The notes beneath the pieces were generated by a model. The model searched no databases. It had not been told where the DNA came from and saw nothing but the letters and a program-made list of their open reading frames with translations. Made by a program: the position numbers and the translations under genes. Positions 51,750 to 62,029 of a stretch of DNA of 64,000 nucleotides are shown here, piece after piece. The stretch is from Ginglymostoma cirratum (taxonomy: Eukaryota): NCBI GenBank assembly GCA_024137785.1, contig JAHRHZ010000053.1, positions 5,675,806 through 5,739,805 on the forward strand, read 5' to 3'. Position 1 is the stretch's first letter; each line of letters opens with the position of its first letter.

Positions 51750-54740
51750 ATAAGACATGGGAGCAGAAGTAGAACATTCAACTATTCATTTATGGAATAC
51801 AATCATGGTTGAACTATTTGTGTTTCAAATTCACATTCCTCTTTACCCTCAACTAATACATTTGCCAATAGCCTTTGATTAGATTACCTAACAAGAATGT
51901 ATCTATGTCTGCCTTGAAAATATTAAATGATCCAAGTCCAACATCTTTTGGAGCAAAGAGTTTCAGAGTTGCATGAAAATAAAAGTTCCTCAACTCAGTT
52001 TTAAGAGGATAATTCCTTATCGTTAAAACATTGTCCTTTAGTTTTAGAATGGTTCCCGTGGAAAAAAATCTTTTCCACATCCATCTTGTCCACCATGCCC
52101 TACCTTCAAAATCTTATAAACTAATCGTAACACCAGGGAAATAAAAATCCGGACAACCCATTCTACCCTCAAAAGAAAACTCACTCATTCAAGGTTTCAG
52201 TCTAGTGAACTTCCTGTGAACTGCAACCCTTTTATACACACCCTTATATACAGAGACCAAACTGCACTCAATTTTCAAGATATGGTCACATCAATGCACT
52301 GTTTAACTGGCATGACATCCTTATTTTTATATTCAACTCCTCTCTTAGTAAATGATAACATCCCATTAGACTTCTTGATTACATGTTGACCTGAATGCCA
52401 ACTTCATTCTTCCTTAAGTGAACGCCTTCACATTTTCCTATATTTTACTCCGAGTGCCAGATATTTAGCCGCACAATCAAAAAATATACTTTCCTACCAC
52501 TCTTCGTTGGCATCTATGAATTTAGCTACCACGCCTTCTCTCCCCTCATCTGAGTCATTAATATAGATCTTAAGTGTTGAGTCTCACCAGAGACCTACTG
52601 GAAATCTACTTGTCACATGCTGCCAGTCAGACAATGACCAATTGTGCATAGTCCCTGTTTTTTGCTAGCAAGCTGATCTTCTACCTGTGCTAGCATGTTT
52701 TTTCTGGACTATAATTTTTTTTATTTTCTGTAATTTTTTTTAGTTGGTAACTTTATTGTGTACAACTCTGGTTGCCACACTACCAGAAAGAAGTGGAGTC
52801 ATTGGAGGTGTTACAGAAGCAGTTTACCAGAATGTTGCCTGGTTTGGTCGGTATTGGCTGTGAGGAGAGATTGGACAAACATTGTTTGTTTTCAGTTGAC
52901 CTTGAAGGATGAGAGGTCACTGAACAAAAGTTTATAAAATTATGAGAGCTATGGATAATTGGAGTCTTTTTTTCCAGTGTAGAAAAGTCAATTGCTAGGG
53001 GACATAGGTTTAAGACAAAAAGAGGTAAGTTTAAAGGAGAGATGAGAGGCAAGATTTTATACAGAGTATGGTAAGTGCCTAGAATGTGCTGCCAGATGAG
53101 GGGATGGAAATGGATGCATTGGAATGCTTAAGAGGCATCATGAAAGATATATGAACGGGCAGGGAATAGAGGGTAGGAATATTATAAAAGCCAAATGATT
53201 ATAGCTTAGAAAGGCATCATTTGTTGGCACAGCCTTTTGGGCCAAAAGGCTTGTTTCTTTGCTGTACTGTTCTTTGTTTTCTTTGTTCTTGACAAATGCC
53301 CTTCTGGAAATCCAAGTACAGTAGATCTACAATCGTGCCTTTATCAACAAATAATGTTACTTCTCCAGAAAGCCTCAATAAATTGATTTAACATAATTTC
53401 CATTTGAGAGACCAATTTGCTTCTTCCTGATTACTTTTAGATTTTAAGTATATAGCTATAATTTCCCTAATGATTGATTCCAACACCTTCCCTGTGGCTG
53501 ACAACTTAACTGGCCGAGTGTTTCCTGTAAAATAAAATGAAGAATTGCAGCTGCTAAAGATCTGAAGCAAACAAAAGCAGAAATTGTTGGAGAAACTCTG
53601 CAGGTCTGGCAGCATCTGTGGGGAGAAAACTGAATTAACATTTTAAGTCCTGTGACCCTTCCCCTGAAGAGGGTCAACATTAACTCTGTTTCTTTTATCT
53701 CCACAGAGTTCCTTCAGCAATTTCTGTTTTTGTTTGTCACAGTTTCATAGGGTCAAAGAGCCTTGGAAACAGACCTTTCGGTCCAACCAGCCCACACCAA
53801 CCATGCTCCCAAACTAAATTAGCCCCACTTGCCTGTGCTTGGCCATATCCCTCCAAACCTTTCCTATTTATGAAACTTATCCAAATATTTACTAAACATT
53901 GTCACTGTTCCTGCATCCACCACTTTCTCTGATACTTCATTCCATGCACAAACCACTCTCAGTGTAAAAAAAGTTGCCCATCATGTGTTCTTTAAATCTT
54001 TCTCCTCACAACTTAAAATTATATCCTTTAGTTTTGAACTTCACCATCCTATAGAAAAGACCCATGTCATTCACCTTATCTATGCCCCTCATGATTTTAT
54101 AAACCTCAGTAAGGTCACCCTTTAACTTCCTACATTCCAGTGAAAGAACTCCAGCCTTTTCAGTCAACTTTTATACTTCAATCACTCCAGTTCTGCCAAC
54201 ACCCTAATAAATCTTTTCTGAACCCTCTTCAGTTTCATAATATCCTTCCTATAACAGAATGACCAGAACTGCACACGGTAATCCAGAAGAGTCCTTGCCA
54301 ACGTCTTGCACAACCTCAAAGAGGTGTCCAAACTCGTCCAAACTTACTATCCACACCTCCTCCCCTGCTTCTTGAATAGATGAGTAATATTTTCAACTTT
54401 ACAACCTGATGGAACTTTTACTAAATTGAGGGAATTTGGAAAATTAATACCAATGCATTTCTAGCTCTTTAGCCAGCTCTTTTAAGAAGCCATGATTTTG
54501 CCCAATCATTAAGCCTGTCCACTGCCCTCTGAAACCATTCTACATCGTCCCAGTAGCATACATTCCCACTTTGCTTTATATCATCTAAAACATGGAAATA
54601 TTACTTTCGATCCTCACCTCAGATGGTGTCCAAGTGTTGATCCTTGCAGTACTATACCAGTCAAGCATACCAATGTAAGAATGACCCATTTATTCCTATT
54701 TTTTGCTTTCTGTCTGTTAGCAAATCATTAATTTATGCCA
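51750..54740. mobile_element. Nested CR1 cluster (minus 51750-52740, plus 52760-53290, minus 53290-53530, 53740-54330, 54350-54740)
   Basis: Multiple CR1 RT and tail motifs in both orientations (e.g. RPVKLSATGKVLESII, LKTELRNF). Confidence 0.8.
53535..53737. mobile_element. Fold-back PLE-derived element, hammerhead partly deleted
   Basis: caaacaaaagcagaaattg...ttaacatttt / aacattaactctg...gcaatttctgtttttgtttg, with central tgacccttcccctgaagagggtca. Confidence 0.75.
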
Positions 54741-56235
54741 GTAATGTTCCCTCTAAGTTACGCACGTGCACAGCCACTTCAAGGTTCAATGTATGGAGAT
54801 TGGCGGTGGTGCATCAAACATGGCTTTGACTTCCAGTTCTGGAATATTGCCTGCCATTACATTACCTTCTACACCTTAAATTTAATTTTTCCAACTAGTT
54901 TTGGAATCGACCACAAAGTCCATCTTTATCTTTGAGCAGTTGAGGTGAAGTGCAAGCTGAACTGTGATATCTCCACCTCAGTTGAACCTACTCAGGCAAA
55001 TAATGAAGGAGTGGAAGGTGCAAATCCAAATTTGGAATGCCTATATTAGCCTGTCTTCATCAGTATTGCCAAGCAGCTTGTCCTTCTAGATGCTAGAGGT
55101 TGAGAGATGCTGCAGGGGTGTTGATGATTAGCATATTTGATTCATTAATGAGATACTCAGGCTTAGGCCCAATTATATCAAGTTTAAAAATGGATGAAAA
55201 GAAAATATAAGAAAATAAAAAACCGTATGGCAATCTTTAATTAACAACAATATTCAGCCAAGCAAAATAAACTCTGGAATTTATTGCTTACATCCTCTAG
55301 TTAGCACCAACTGATTCATCCATGGATTAGTGAAATAATTCATAAATAAGTAGTGTACCTTAAATAAAGGCAGTAATCAGTCATTTCTCTCTGCACGTCA
55401 TTAACTAAGGAATATGACCCTTCACAACCCTTCTTGATGAGTACAATTTAGAAATCTTCTCAACAGATGTAGCCTGGTAAGCTTCAGGGAGCAAATATTA
55501 TAGAAACTACTGTCATTGGCATAAATTGTCACATGCTCCAAGAACCTAATGGACCAGACAGTCTTTTCATCCAATAAATGTAAATGAACCAAAGCCTTTA
55601 TCCCTTGAACATTTAATGCAGCAAGTTTTCTTTTCAGTCAAAAACATGAGTTATTTTGCCCTCAGTACTGTTTAAGCTAAAGCTCAGAAAATTGATTTCA
55701 CAAATGAAGGCAAATGACCAGGACTTGTGGATATTTCGAAAGAAGTAACTTAAGCTCCTTTCACTTGATTGTTCATGATGTGCTCCGTGATACTGGGGAG
55801 ATCTGGTATAGACAGGGTGCCCACTTTGCAACCAGCACCATACAGCCTGCCAGCATGACTCCAAGATTGCTGCCAGCTTGTCATTTTATTTCTCCACATT
55901 GCCCTCATGCTGACTTTGCTGTCCATGATCTGTAGCAGCGTTCTAATGAGGATTAACACAATCTTGAGGAGCAGCACCTCATATTGTTTTTCTTGACAAT
56001 CTACACTCTTCTGAACTCAATATTCAGTTTAGCAACCTCAGGTCACAAAAAAAAAAATCACGGATAAACATTGAGGCCAAGGTTGTTTTCTGGGTTGTTA
56101 CTTTCTTTATCCAATCAAATTGCTCTCAGAGGTCTGCTATGTATCCTTTCATGCCTCAACTGGACATAATATTAGTCTCTTTACCGTATGCATGAATATT
56201 CTTTTTGGTTTTTGAATAATGAAACCTTTTGTCAG

Positions 56236-56993
56236 GAGGAGGAATACATCTTCCAAGTGTTCAAGGATAATGGATATCTAAAGAACTGGGGCACGAGATG
56301 CCTACAAGAACAGCATCAGGAAGATTCTACATGCCCCGACACACTCATCACACTACGCTACATCAGGAACACGTCAGAACTCACCACAAGACTTCTACGA
56401 CTGCTGGGCATCAGAGTGGCTCACAAGCCCACATCAACCCTACGACAAGTGCTCACCCGAACTAAAGACCCACTCCCCACCATGGACTGGACCAATGTCA
56501 TCTACAAGATCCCCTACAGAGACTGCGAGAAACACTACATTGGACAAACAGGAAGGAAACTAACAACAAGAGCACATGAACACCAACTGGCAACAAAAAG
56601 ACACGACCGATACTCACTCATCTCAATCCACATGGACAAGGAGAACCACGACTTCGACTGGGACAACACCAAGATCCTGGGACAGGCGAGGCAGAGACAA
56701 GCACGAGAATTTCTGGAAGCATGGCACTCCACGAAGCATGCTATTAATAAACACATTGAACTCAACCCCATATACATTCCACTACAGGGGAAACCCGGAA
56801 GTGAGGCAATCCATCGCAATGGACGCCAGAGTTTAAAAACCAGGCGGGAAAACACACCGACGCTTCATCAGAGGCTGCACTGAGGATGTTACCAAGCATG
56901 GTAACGAAACGTCTGCGGAACACCAAACCAGCTCGGCGAACCAACCAACCTCAACACCCACAACCCAAGCTACAAATCTACTCCAAAACCTTA
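56236..56993 (+). mobile_element. Young 5'-truncated Penelope-like element with open GIY-YIG endonuclease ORF and 15-bp TSD
   Basis: FKDNGY..LRYIRNTSE..NVIYKIPYRDCEKHYIGQTGRKLTTRAHEH..REFLEAWH..AIN. TSD gaaaccttttgtcag at 56221-56235 and 56994-57008. Confidence 0.95.
56875..56918 (+). ncRNA. Minimal type I hammerhead ribozyme, intact core
   Basis: ctgca CTGAGGA t GTTACC aagcat GGTAAC GAAA c GTC tgcgg. Stem I CUGCA/UGCGG, perfect 6-bp stem II, palindromic ACGU stem III. Predicted cleavage after 56913. Confidence 0.85.
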
Positions 56994-57779
56994 GAAACCT
57001 TTTGTCAGTTTATCTTTCCACATTTGCATCCTGTTATGGACTTTCTCTTTTGTACTTCCTGCTGACAAAATTATCGCCGCACCATCACCCACAAACCACT
57101 GGTTTACGAACTCTTACATTTCTATCTTTGTTCAATTCTCATGAAAGTGCAATGCCCTGAAATGTTAACTATTTCCCTCCACAGATTGTCCCTAACCTGC
57201 AGTGTTATTCCCAGCATTCCTTTTTTTTTTGTTTTTATTTCAGATTTCCAGGATCGACAATATTTTGTTTTAACATTAATTTAACACATTGTTTCTTCTG
57301 ATTGCTGCCACTTTGGATGTGACATTCATCTTGGGCGAAGGCAGAAAATAGATGAAATAGCATCAGCCCTCACATTTTACAGTTGCCCAGCGGGTATCAA
57401 TGGCAATCAAGCAATGTACAACAGTGATGAACTCTAATTCATTTTGTGTGATCCCTGACAAAACATATCCCTTTTTGAATCTAACTTTGCTACAAAGAAT
57501 GGGATTAATATAATGCCCAGAAAAAAACATAATAGCAGACTAGCCCAAAAACATGAGAATAAAATTTCCTAGTCTCTTATGTATTGGGCAGAATCTTCTA
57601 ACTTATATAAAGACAGACTTGATATCTCCATGGCCACCATCATTCCCTTTCTGAGAAATCATCTCAGAATTATACGCTCAAGAGGATGAAATTTGAAATT
57701 TGTTTCTCTGCAGTATCTGATTTGCACAATTTTGAATTGAAATATTTACTTGATTATTTGTTTAACAAAGTACCCCGGA

Positions 57780-58170
57780 TAGCTCTTTACAAAACTTAAC
57801 TTTATTATGATAAAGATATCCCCAAGGTGCTTCAAGGTTCAGGAATTAAACAAAATTTGACATTGAGCAAAAGGGTTAGGATACAAGATCAAACATTTTC
57901 AAATAGGTAGACTTTATTTAGCGTCTTAAAGGAGGACTGGGAGGTACAAAAGCACACAGGTTTAGGAAGGGAATTCCAGAGTTTAGAGGATAGACAACTG
58001 AATGTACCACCACCAATAGTAAAGCAGAGTGTGGGGTTTGCAAAAGTGGCCAGAATTGGAGGAATGCAAAGTGCACAATGAGTTAAGGAGGAAGTTAGAG
58101 AGATAGAGACAAACAAGATCATTGATGAAAAAGAAATGTCATGGAGGAATCTGAGAATGAAGATGACAAT
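57780..58170 (-). mobile_element. L2-type LINE 3' fragment
   Basis: TIGGGTFSCLSSKLWNSLPKPV..SSFKTLNKVYLF. Confidence 0.75.
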
Positions 58171-58372
58171 TCCAAAGATGTGCAGGTTAGGTGGATTGGC
58201 CATGCTAAATTGCTTATAGTGTCCAGGGGTGTGTAGGTTAGGTACATTAGCCATGGGAAATGCAGGGTTACAGAAGTGGTTAGGGGGCTGGGACTGGGTG
58301 GGATATTCTTCGGAGTGTCAGTGCGGACTCAAAGGGCCAAATGGCTTGCTTCCATACAGTAGGGATCCTGTG
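58171..58372 (+). mobile_element. HE1/V-SINE-type SINE, 3' half
   Basis: tccaaagatgtgcaggttaggtggattggccatgctaaattg...cagtagggatc. Confidence 0.85.
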
Positions 58373-58789
58373 TTATAACACAAAACAAGGTGGAAATTCT
58401 TCGTACTTTAAAACCACAGTGGCATCACAGTTCCAAACTGAGGTGAATTATTTCATGCAAAAATGAATTTAAAGTAGTGAGTACTGCTGGTTCTCACAAA
58501 GTGACAGGCTGATAAGTCGCTTAAACCTCTTAGGAATAAAATAGGCCAGAAGCATGTTATCATCGAACAGTTTTGCGAAGAGCGATTCTGCTAAATCAAT
58601 AAGCTGCAAGATAAACTGAAATCACTCATGAACTGAGAGCTACATGTTAAAGCCTCAATGGCACTTCAGTTCTATTATGTTGCTGGTGTTTTGATAAATG
58701 ACTTCATATTGATTATCTCTTGTAGAAAACCAATCCACTTGGAATATATTCTTTGTCTTCCAATTGGCTTTCTTAGGCAACAGTTGGGA

Positions 58790-60270
58790 TGCAGAGGAGA
58801 TTGCTGAGAGAGTTAAAGGAGCAAGTCACAAAGCCATTGACAGAAATTTTCTGGGGTCTCTGAACACAGCATTAGTCCCAGGGGACTAGATGATTGCAAA
58901 TGTGACACTGTCGCTTAAGAAGTGGACAAAGGATAACCTAAAAAACAGCAGAACTGTCAGCTTGACTTCAGTAGTATGAAAACTAATGGAGGCCATAATA
59001 CAGGATAAGGTAAATATACACTGAGAGAAAAATAAGTGAATATTAGACAGGCAACATGGCTTTGTCAAGGACCAGTCATGTCTGACAAATTTAATTGAGT
59101 TCTTTGACGAGGTGACACAGCCAATGGATGGTGTATATTTGGACTTTCAGAAAGCATTTGATACAGTGCCACATGGCAGGTTGAATTGCAAGTTAGAAAT
59201 GTTTGGGATTGATGGGTCCGTGGCAGCATGGTTCAGAAGTCGGCTAAATGATTGGAAACAGAGGGTAGATATAGATGGGCATCTCTCATATTGGAGACGA
59301 GTTAAAAGTTAAAAGCAATCAGGATTGGGTGCCTTGCTTTTTCTGAGCTATATAAACAATTTGGAGAAGGGTGTTGAGAGCAAAACCTCTATATTTGTAG
59401 ATGATACTAAGCTAGAGAGAATAGTAAATTATGAGGACCATTCTGAGCAACTTCAGGTGGACATTGACAAGTAGGTCAAATGGCAGACTCCCAGCAGATG
59501 AATTTCAATGCAGAGAAATGGGAGGTGATGGATTTTGGTAGAAGCGACACGGAGAGACAATACAGGCTCAATGGTACAGCTTTGATGGGAGAACAGGAAC
59601 AGAGGGACTTGGGATTCATGTGTTAAAATCTGTGAAGGTCGTTAGGCAAGTTGATACTTGTTAAGAAAGCTTCTAGGATGCTTGGATTCATAAACAGAGG
59701 CTTAGAGTATAAAAGCAAGGAAGTGATGCTATACCTCTACAAATCATTGGTCCGACTACATTTGAAGTTTTGTCTTCAGTTCTGGGCACTTTATTTAAGG
59801 AAGGATGTTAAATCCCCGGACAGAGATTTACTACAATGATACCAGGAACGAGGGGTACAAGGAAAGATTAGAGAAAATTCGATGATTCTCCATGTAGCAG
59901 AGAAGATTAAGAAGCGACCTTACTGAGGTATTCAAAATTCTGACAGGGTAAAGAAGGATATGTTGTTTCCGTCAGTTGGTATGTCAGTGACTAAGGGTCA
60001 GAATTTCAAGATTGCCAACAAAAGAGCTTGGAGTGAGATGAGGAGAAACTATTTTATTCAGAGGGTAGTTAGGATTTGGAATGTGCTGCCTGGGAGACTG
60101 GTGGAGGCAGATTTTACAGGTTTTTTTAAAAGACAGCTGGAAATATATTTGAAAATAATGAATTTAGAAGGCTACAGAGACAAGGCTGGAGAGTGGGACT
60201 AGCTGGGTAGCTCTTTTGGAAGCTGGACCATTTGGGTCAAATAGCCTCCTTCTGTAAAATAAAATTCTAT
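58790..60270 (+). mobile_element. CR1 LINE RT to 3' tail
   Basis: VYLDFQKAFDTVPH; KKASRMLGFINRGLEYKSKEV; EMRRNYFIQRVVRIWNVLP. Confidence 0.9.
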
Positions 60271-60429
60271 GATCATTTGTTATTTGGTCAAACCTTTCAT
60301 TTTGCCTCAATGTCCTATTTTTGATATTGCTTCTATGAAACAATTTAGGACTGCTCTCAAAAAAGGTAATGTTAGATCAAACAGTATCATGGTACACATA
60401 AGATCCAAAAATGGGATACATATAATGAA

Positions 60430-61620
60430 GGAAAGAACCCTTGGGATCTAAGGAAATATGGGTCATTGGATGCAGATTTGGCTATATGTAGAAACAGATG
60501 ATGATAGTCAAGAGGTGTTTGTGTGACTGGAAATCTGTTACCAATGGGGTTCCACAGGGATCAGTGTTGGGCCTTTGTTGCTTATGGTATATAAATAATT
60601 TTGACTCAAATGTAGGAGGGTTGACTAGTAAGTCCGTGGATAATACAAAAACCAGTAGTGTGGTAAATAGTCAGGAGGATAGAAACTAAAACAGAAATTG
60701 CTGAAAAAGCACGGCAGATCTGGCTGCATCTGTGAAGAGAAATCAGAGTTACCATTTTGGGTCCAGTGAACCTTCCTCAGGACAAAAAATTCTGAGGAAG
60801 GCTCACTGGACCCGAAATGTTAACTCTGATTTCTCTTCATAGATGCCGCCAGACCTGCTGAGCTTTCCCAGCAACTGTTTTTGTTTCTGATTTACAGCAC
60901 CCGCAGTTCTTTCAGTTTTTTTATTTACTCAGGAGGATAGCCTTGCCTTAGATTACAGGTGGATACAGGGCCGGTTAGATATGTTGTTCAGTGGCAAATT
61001 GAATTCAAACCAGATAAGTGTGATGTGATGCATTGGTGCAGAACCAATATGGCAAGAGAATACATGGTAGGAACCTGGGAAGGACAAATGATCAGAGGGA
61101 CCCCTGTATGCATGTACACCAGTCCTGTAAAGTGGTAGATTAAAGGGGAACCAAAAGATGTGTTGTTTTTGAATTTCCAGAAGGCACTGGAAAAGGTACT
61201 TCACAAAAGCATGCCATAAGATAAGAGCCCTTAGTATTGTAGGTAGTTTATTGGTGTGAAGAGGGAATTGGCTAATGGGCAAGAAGCAGCGAGTGGGGAT
61301 AAGAGTTTTTTTTTTATCAGGTTGGCAGCCCAGCAACCAGTGGGGTCCACAGGATTAGTGCTGGGACTGCAACTGTTTACAAGATATTTATCAATGACAA
61401 GGAGGAAGGAAGCGAATGTACTGTTGCCAAATTTACAGGAGATACAAAAATAGGCAGAAAGGCAAGTTACAAGAGGGATACAAACAGTTTAGAGAGAGAT
61501 ATTGATAGGCTGAGTAAATGGGCAAAAAGTTGGCAAATGGAGTACAATGTGGAAAAGTTGTTCATTATGGAACAGAGAACCAAAGAACAGAATATTATTC
61601 AAATGAAGAAAGCTGCATCC
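60430..61620 (+). mobile_element. Two CR1 RT fragments
   Basis: [16 protein letters not shown]; STGLVLGLQLF; WAKSWQMEYNV. Confidence 0.8.
60683..60928. mobile_element. Fold-back element with two back-to-back hammerhead motifs, 12-bp TSD
   Basis: TSD tcaggaggatag at 60671-60682 and 60929-60940. Plus-strand HHR at 60792-60821, minus-strand HHR at 60780-60751. Confidence 0.9.
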
Positions 61621-61625
61621 ACAAA

Positions 61626-61939
61626 TCATTAGAATTCCTACAGTGTGGAAACAGGCCCTTTGGCCCAACAAGTCCACACTGACCCTTGGAGCATCCCACC
61701 CAGACCCATCCCCCTATAACCCACACACCCCTGAACACTATGGGCAATTTAGAATGGCCAATCCACCTAGCCTGCATATCTTTGGACCATGGGAGGAAAC
61801 CGGAGCACCCAGAGGAAACCCCCACAGACACGGGAAGAATGTGCAAACTCCACACAGACAGTCACCTGAGGCTGGAATTGAACCCAGGTCCCTGGCACTG
61901 TGAAGCTGTAGTGCTCACCACTGAGACAGCATGCCACCC
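61626..61939 (-). mobile_element. HE1/V-SINE-type SINE, full length, inserted in CR1
   Basis: Reverse complement of the 24830-25152 type. B box appears as ggaattgaaccc on the plus strand. Confidence 0.9.
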
Positions 61940-62029
61940 TATCACAAAGGGACTCAAAGGGATTGAGTGTATGAAGAACGAAGCTAACGCAGAGGTACAA
62001 CAATGTAATCAAAGAACAAGGAAAATTAC

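Larger units (their letters stand above)
55770..57270 (+). mobile_element. Old PLE 3' fragment interrupted by a younger PLE
   Basis: GE..GAHF..PACHFISPHCPHADF..LEEQHLIL at 55790-56040. It resumes after 57008 and ends in ctcatgaaagtgcaatgccctgaaatgttaact...tccacagat. Confidence 0.6.

Noticed and set aside
51361-51753. 130-aa ORF with QQQQ
   Set aside because: No recognisable domain, non-ATG start, and it lies in a possible LTR.
56188-56235. ATG start of the 231-aa ORF as a real gene start
   Set aside because: It lies in flanking DNA and the left TSD. The element is 5'-truncated, so the in-frame start is probably fortuitous.
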